This document shows, in pieces, positions 62,952-64,000 of a DNA stretch of 64,000 nucleotides. The DNA lies in assembly GCA_045588185.1 (NCBI GenBank), contig JAZNDR010000051.1, positions 5,132 to 69,131 of the forward strand. The letters are read 5' to 3'. The notes under the pieces are model-generated. The model searched no databases. It was not told where the DNA came from and saw nothing but the letters and a program-made list of their open reading frames with translations. Positions within the stretch are counted from its first letter, which is position 1. Every line of letters starts with the position of its first letter. This DNA is from Candidatus Scatosoma sp. GTDB taxonomy: Bacteria > Bacillota > Clostridia > Christensenellales > Borkfalkiaceae. A program made the position numbers and the translations under genes.

Positions 62952-63554
62952 TTAGGAGCGATAATTACGCATTAAACCGACAACTTTCCCCAAAATAAGA
63001 ATTTGATCGGGTTCAAAAACCATATCCGACAACGCTTCGTTTTCGGGATGAAGTATAATTTTTCCGTTACGGAAGTAAAATCTTTTGACTGTTGCAGAAC
63101 ATTCTTCGGGGAGAAAAGCAACAACGATTTCGCCGTTTTCCGCCGTCGGCTGTCGGCGAATAATTATTTTGTCGCCGTTCATAATACCCGCGTCTATCAT
63201 TGAAGTGCCTTCTACGCGAAGCATAAAAAGTTCTTCGCCTTTAAATTCGCTAATAGGAAAAGTGTAATAATCCTCGTAATTTTCATAAGCAAAGATAGGC
63301 TGACCAGCCGTTACGACACCAAGGAGAGGAATAGTAACGCCTGAACCTTTGCCGATCGTAACAGAGCGTTTTTTATTATCCGTTTTATTCAGATAACCTC
63401 TATTTTGTAATTTTTCAATATAGCTATGTACGGTCGCCGTAGATTTAATACCACATTCTTTTCCGATTTCTCTCACGGACGGGGTATAACCGTTTTCTTC
63501 TGTGAATTTACGGATGTAATCCATGACCTTTATCAACTTTTCCTCGTTTATCAT
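62952..63554 (-). CDS. lexA: LexA repressor
   Basis: HTH (PSVREIGKECGIKSTATVHSYIEKLQNRGYL). Cleavage and catalytic regions VTAGQPI, VEGTSM (Ser) and TVKRF (Lys). Start moved to ATG 63554 after AGAGGA. Confidence 0.9.
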   Translation of the reverse strand: MINEEKLIKVMDYIRKFTEENGYTPSVREIGKECGIKSTATVHSYIEKLQNRGYLNKTDNKKRSVTIGKGSGVTIPLLGVVTAGQPIFAYENYEDYYTFPISEFKGEELFMLRVEGTSMIDAGIMNGDKIIIRRQPTAENGEIVVAFLPEECSATVKRFYFRNGKIILHPENEALSDMVFEPDQILILGKVVGLMRNYRS

Positions 63555-63584
63555 TAAAAATCCTCTTTTGTATTCGTTATCACT

Positions 63585-63613
63585 ATTATAACATACTTTT
63601 TTATAAAAAGCAA
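63585..63613 (-). promoter_or_regulatory. sigma-A-type promoter for lexA (TTGCTT-17-TGtTATAAT on the minus strand)
   Basis: The -10 is the complement of 63585-63590 and the -35 the complement of 63608-63613. Confidence 0.45.
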
Positions 63614-63623
63614 ACAAATGTTT
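63612..63623. promoter_or_regulatory. SOS-box-like palindrome AAAC-AAAT-GTTT
   Basis: It has the geometry of the Bacillota LexA box GAAC-N4-GTTC with symmetric outer changes. It abuts the lexA -35 and lies 12 nt upstream of the divergent promoter's -35. Confidence 0.35.
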
Positions 63624-63634
63624 ATAAAAAATGC

Positions 63635-63662
63635 TTGATTTTGAAAAAAAATATGATATAAT
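63635..63662 (+). promoter_or_regulatory. sigma-A-type promoter (TTGATT-16-TGaTATAAT)
   Basis: Hexamers at 63635-63640 and 63657-63662, with an extended -10. Confidence 0.5.
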
Positions 63663-63693
63663 AGTATAGGAATTAAATTTTGGAGGCTATAAA

Positions 63694-63888
63694 ATGGCAG
63701 AAAAACGACTTGGATTAGAATGTGTATTATACGATAGGGAATGTATCGGGTGTCTTGAATGCGAAACTTGCGACCTCGACCCGAATAAGGTTTGCGATAA
63801 CTGCGGTAAGTGTATTGAAATGCCGGACGTAGCCTCCATTAAGATTGACAAAATTTATATGGACCCGAAAGAATATGAAGAAAAATAG
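63694..63888 (+). CDS. small 8-Cys protein (64 aa), divergent from lexA
   Basis: GGAGG RBS lies 7 nt upstream. Cys pattern is C-x6-CxxCxxCxxC-x7-CxxCxxC. It has its own promoter and terminator. Confidence 0.65.
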   Translation: MAEKRLGLECVLYDRECIGCLECETCDLDPNKVCDNCGKCIEMPDVASIKIDKIYMDPKEYEEK

Positions 63889-63909
63889 GAGCAAAATTGC
63901 TCCTATTTT
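63886..63909. terminator. bidirectional terminator
   Basis: 8-bp stem TAGGAGCA / TGCTCCTA with loop AAAT and T-runs on both strands. A stop codon TAG lies in each arm for the two convergent frames. Confidence 0.65.
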
Positions 63910-64000
63910 CCTTTTATGATAAAATTTGAAAAGTCGTTTGCATAACGAATCGGAATTGTCGCCTCAATTCGAAGTCCGCCGTCCGTATACTCCGTTGTCC
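63903..64000 (-). CDS. possible 3' end of a convergent CDS (continues beyond the window)
   Basis: The minus-strand frame is open from the window edge to TAG (complement of 63903-63905). It encodes ...TTEYTDGGLRIEATIPIRYANDFSNFIIKGK, which resembles the end of a histidine-kinase ATPase domain. Only 31 codons are visible. Confidence 0.3.
   Translation of the reverse strand, partial: TTEYTDGGLRIEATIPIRYANDFSNFIIKGK

Overview
The window comes from the chromosome of a spore-forming Clostridia-class (Bacillota) bacterium. Evidence: spoIIIAA-AH, spoIVB and ytfJ, plus the order ftsK-rimO-pgsA-cinA-recA-rny and nusB-folD-ispA-dxs-tlyA-nadK-argR-recN-spoIVB. Almost every gene is on the + strand. The first ~8.3 kb is accessory DNA. 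It holds the 3' part of a prophage-like late region: a tail-fibre-like gene, then a complete diversity-generating retroelement (DGR). The DGR has a target gene with a C-terminal variable repeat (VR 2355-2465), a template repeat (TR 2561-2671) and a DGR-type reverse transcriptase (2793-3887). All 23 VR/TR mismatches fall on TR adenines. No Avd-like gene is visible. Five uncharacterised ORFs follow the DGR, three of them translationally coupled membrane proteins sitting where a lysis cassette would be expected. After these come a dense TGCAA/ATGCAAA iteron-like repeat array, a GC-rich compound hairpin, and an IS481-like DDE transposase broken by a C6 homopolymer frameshift. The rest is core genome, with several points worth a second look. 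These include a DeoR-controlled operon mixing a GlpA-like/DUF1667 trio with two HAD phosphatases, MgtC and a putative sn-glycerol-1-phosphate dehydrogenase. There is also a Na+-decarboxylase-type operon carrying both a 12S-like and a 5S-like carboxyltransferase, and an AroH chorismate mutase-cytidylate kinase fusion. Paired TGTGAAAC repeats and a palindrome lie in one intergenic region, and lexA is divergent from an 8-Cys 64-aa ORF with a variant SOS-box-like palindrome. Three tRNAs (Thr-GGT, Leu-CAA, Trp-CCA) are present. No CRISPR array or rRNA was seen. All functional calls rest on motif recognition by eye and on gene order; no database search was run.
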